Positions 61,473 to 64,000 of a DNA stretch of 64,000 nt are shown piece after piece (within the stretch, counting starts at the first letter, position 1; each line of letters begins with the position of its first letter). Below the pieces are notes generated by a model. The model was given only the letters and a program-made list of their open reading frames with translations. It searched no databases and was not told where the DNA came from. Source of the DNA: Camelus ferus. Its lineage: Eukaryota. The translations under genes were made by a program, and so were the position numbers. The DNA is taken from the NCBI RefSeq assembly GCF_009834535.1, contig NC_045696.1, positions 118,546,001-118,610,000 of the forward strand, in the 5' to 3' direction.

Positions 61473-63909
61473 GCTGCTAGTCACACCAACTCCTAAAACA
61501 GTAGAATAAACAAATCAGGAGGTTATTTTTTTCTGAAATCAAAGGAGCCTAGAGGCAGGCAGCGTGAGCAGGTGTGGCAGCCACGTGGTGTTCCCCCAGC
61601 CCTCGGCAGTGACCCTCTTCCATCTGCTCGCGAGGTGACTGGCCCAGCTCCTGCCAGCATTTCCGGCAGCACGGGTGGGGAGGGTCAAGGCTCCAAAGGC
61701 ACAGACTGAGTCCCCACGAGGCTCCGCCCCAGGGACTGGCCTTACAGCTCTCGGGTCACAGCTGAGTCATGTGACCGCCCTTGGCCGCACAGTAACATCT
61801 GGGATGTATTGGTGAGGAGGGGGTGGAGGTTGAGTTGGGGAACCCCCCCCAGCGCTCTGCCACCTCTTGAGGCCTGAGAGACAGTGAAGGGGGAGGATCT
61901 GGCTTGTGGAGGCTCATGGTCTTATCAAGAGAGAGCACAGGAGGGGAGTGGACTTTAGAAACCTTGAGTGTGGGTCCCACTGGAGCCAGACAGACAGGAG
62001 GCTTCTGTCATCTGTCTTCCCGGTGTGCTCCCCAGCTGCCCCGCCAGCATCACTAACACCACTCTTGAGCATCTGGACTTGCCGGAGGTTCACAGCGGAG
62101 CAAGGCATCCACGAGAACACAGCGAGGGCCCCCTGGTTCAGGGGGTTGTCAGCTAGTGTGGCCAGTGTGATCTTGTCAGGCCCCAGGGCTGTGGTGGGAG
62201 AGTAAATCTGTACACCCAAACGTGGCTGTGCAGAAACCGTGCTCCAAGGTTTCATTCCCACATAGCAGTCCAGCAGTCCCTTGCCAGCTGAAGGCCGCTC
62301 AGTCCCTTACCAGTTAACCATCTTTTCAGACAGAAGCCCACAGTCTGCTTCTCTGCCTTGTCTCTCCTCCTCCTGGGATGGTGTCAGGATTCTGGGATGT
62401 CTTACATGTCTGTCTGCTGTTTGAAGAGGGGCCTCTGAGTGCCTGCCAGGTCCTTGCTGGCTCTTTTACTGCGTATTTCTGGGCCTCTGTCCCCACCAGA
62501 GCCACTGACTGCCCTGTTGGCTTGTGGCTTATGACCCTAAAGACCTTTTATCCTTGTTGCTGGTGACCATGAGTCCCACCACTAGGTTGGGGCAGAGACC
62601 GGGCGATCTGGCCAAGGCCTTCTGCTTCATTGTCCATCCCACAGCAGACTGTCCAGGAGGCAGACAGGAGACGAAGAGACTGTCAGGGCAGATGGACATG
62701 TGCATCACTTTTTGTTTCTACAGATTTCCTCTTTTTCTACCACCTAATTTGCTGGAGGAGCCTCCCCTCCATTAGTTCCTTGGACCCAAGAACCCGCAGA
62801 TGTGCTGGTTCACTCGCATCCATCAGCTGAGCTCCGCTCAGGGCCCAGGACCCATCCCCCTGCCACCTGCTAACACAGCAGGGAGCCGGCAAGTCTGTCC
62901 CCAGTGGCACCCCTCAGGCCTCAGAGCTCTGCCTTAAAAGACATAGCATAAAATCAAAGGTAACCTCCAGTCCTGGAAAAGGGGTACAAAAGTGTTTCTT
63001 GTTTCCTGCCGTTGGTTGTCATTAACGTCTTGATGAGTGGAGTTTGTGTTTTTTTATTGAAGAGAGAACAAATCGTAACAGGCTTTTAAGCAAATTGAAA
63101 ACATTCACTCTCTAATTATATCTATTATTCTGTTCCCATTCATTTTGTTTTCTTGTTTTGAAGCAGGCCTTTCTGTTAGCCAGAAACTACAGTCACACTT
63201 TCTGAACCCATTAAAGCTGCCGTTTTCCTGTGCGGTCTGTATGAGGACTGTCAGCCGGTGTGTAGATGTATTCTTAGTGAAGGTTCTAATAAACGGTCAG
63301 GCTGGACTCGTGATGGTACCAGACTTTGCCCCTTGCTGAAAGTACTTTTGGGAAAGGTTTAGAATAGCAGTATTTTCAAATGCAAGGGTGTTTTTCCATG
63401 TATGTTCAGTCAGTCCATACTTACTGTTCACCTGGAATGCACCAGCCACCCTCTTAAGGGCTGGGGGTATTGCCCTGAACAAGACCCTGTGGGGCGCGTT
63501 GGACGACAGTTAACCCAGCAGGTGCATGTGCTAATGTCCGGTGGTGGCAGTGCTTACTGTCAGTGCACTAGAGGAGCTGGTGTGGCGGAGCCCAGAGGGT
63601 GGCCCACGCCGCTATGGTTTGGGTGGGCAGGAAGGCTGCTTGGAGGAGGCGGCAGGGTGGCCAAGAGTGGACCCTGCCATGGGTCCACTGAGCTCTGGTG
63701 GCCGTGGGGCCCCATGTGGACCCGAGGAGTCCTGAGCAAAGACTGGAACAGTATGGCTGAGTGATGACCTAGAATGCGGCATGGGGGGCCTTCTCCATAG
63801 GGTATTGTTAAGGCCCCAGGAAGTGAGAAGCAGATGTTCATGGAGGTGAGCCTGCTTGCTGTACTGAGCCTCAGTTTGGTGCTCATATGGCATCTTTCTA
63901 AAAATGTGT

Positions 63910-64000
63910 TGTATAGTATGGAGATTCCTCAAAAAACTAGAAAGTAGACTTACCATATGATCCAGCAATCCCACTCCTGGGCATATATCCAGAGGAAACT
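63910..64000 (+). mobile_element. L1 ORF2 C-terminal fragment running off the window
   Basis: agtatggagattcctcaaaaaactagaaagtagacttaccatatgatccagcaatcccactcctgggcatatatcc. Confidence 0.9.

Noticed and set aside
1..64000. CRISPR array, operon or other prokaryote-type novel system
   Set aside because: The sequence is intron-dominated mammalian DNA with no repeat-spacer arrays or compact gene clusters.

Overview
This window is mammalian genomic DNA, most likely camelid (camel/alpaca/llama), judged from tRNA-Ala-derived Vic-1-type SINEs and camelid-type L1 3' ends. The whole window lies inside the 3' half of the + strand gene TBC1D5 (Rab7 GAP, retromer partner). I reconstruct four coding exons with canonical AG/GT sites and consistent phase: 5139-5446 (carries a pure (CAG)24 polyQ), a 66-nt cassette at 9436-9501, 23779-23942 and 50116-50215. 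The gene starts before the window and continues after it. The rest is intron, filled with young SINEs and L1 3' fragments (many with readable target-site duplications, TSDs) and old L1M, HAL1, L2, MIR, MaLR and MER5 relics. Nearly all ORFs in the supplied track are spurious. I do not see a new multi-gene system. The best leads are the long uninterrupted coding CAG tract; the regulatory knot at the 66-nt exon (near-perfect RFX X-box over the donor region, in-frame read-through stop, candidate poison exon); an in-frame two-exon unit that could circularise into a stop-free ORF; and several odd retrotransposition scars. Gene identity and repeat family names come from recall, not database searches, and old-repeat boundaries are approximate.
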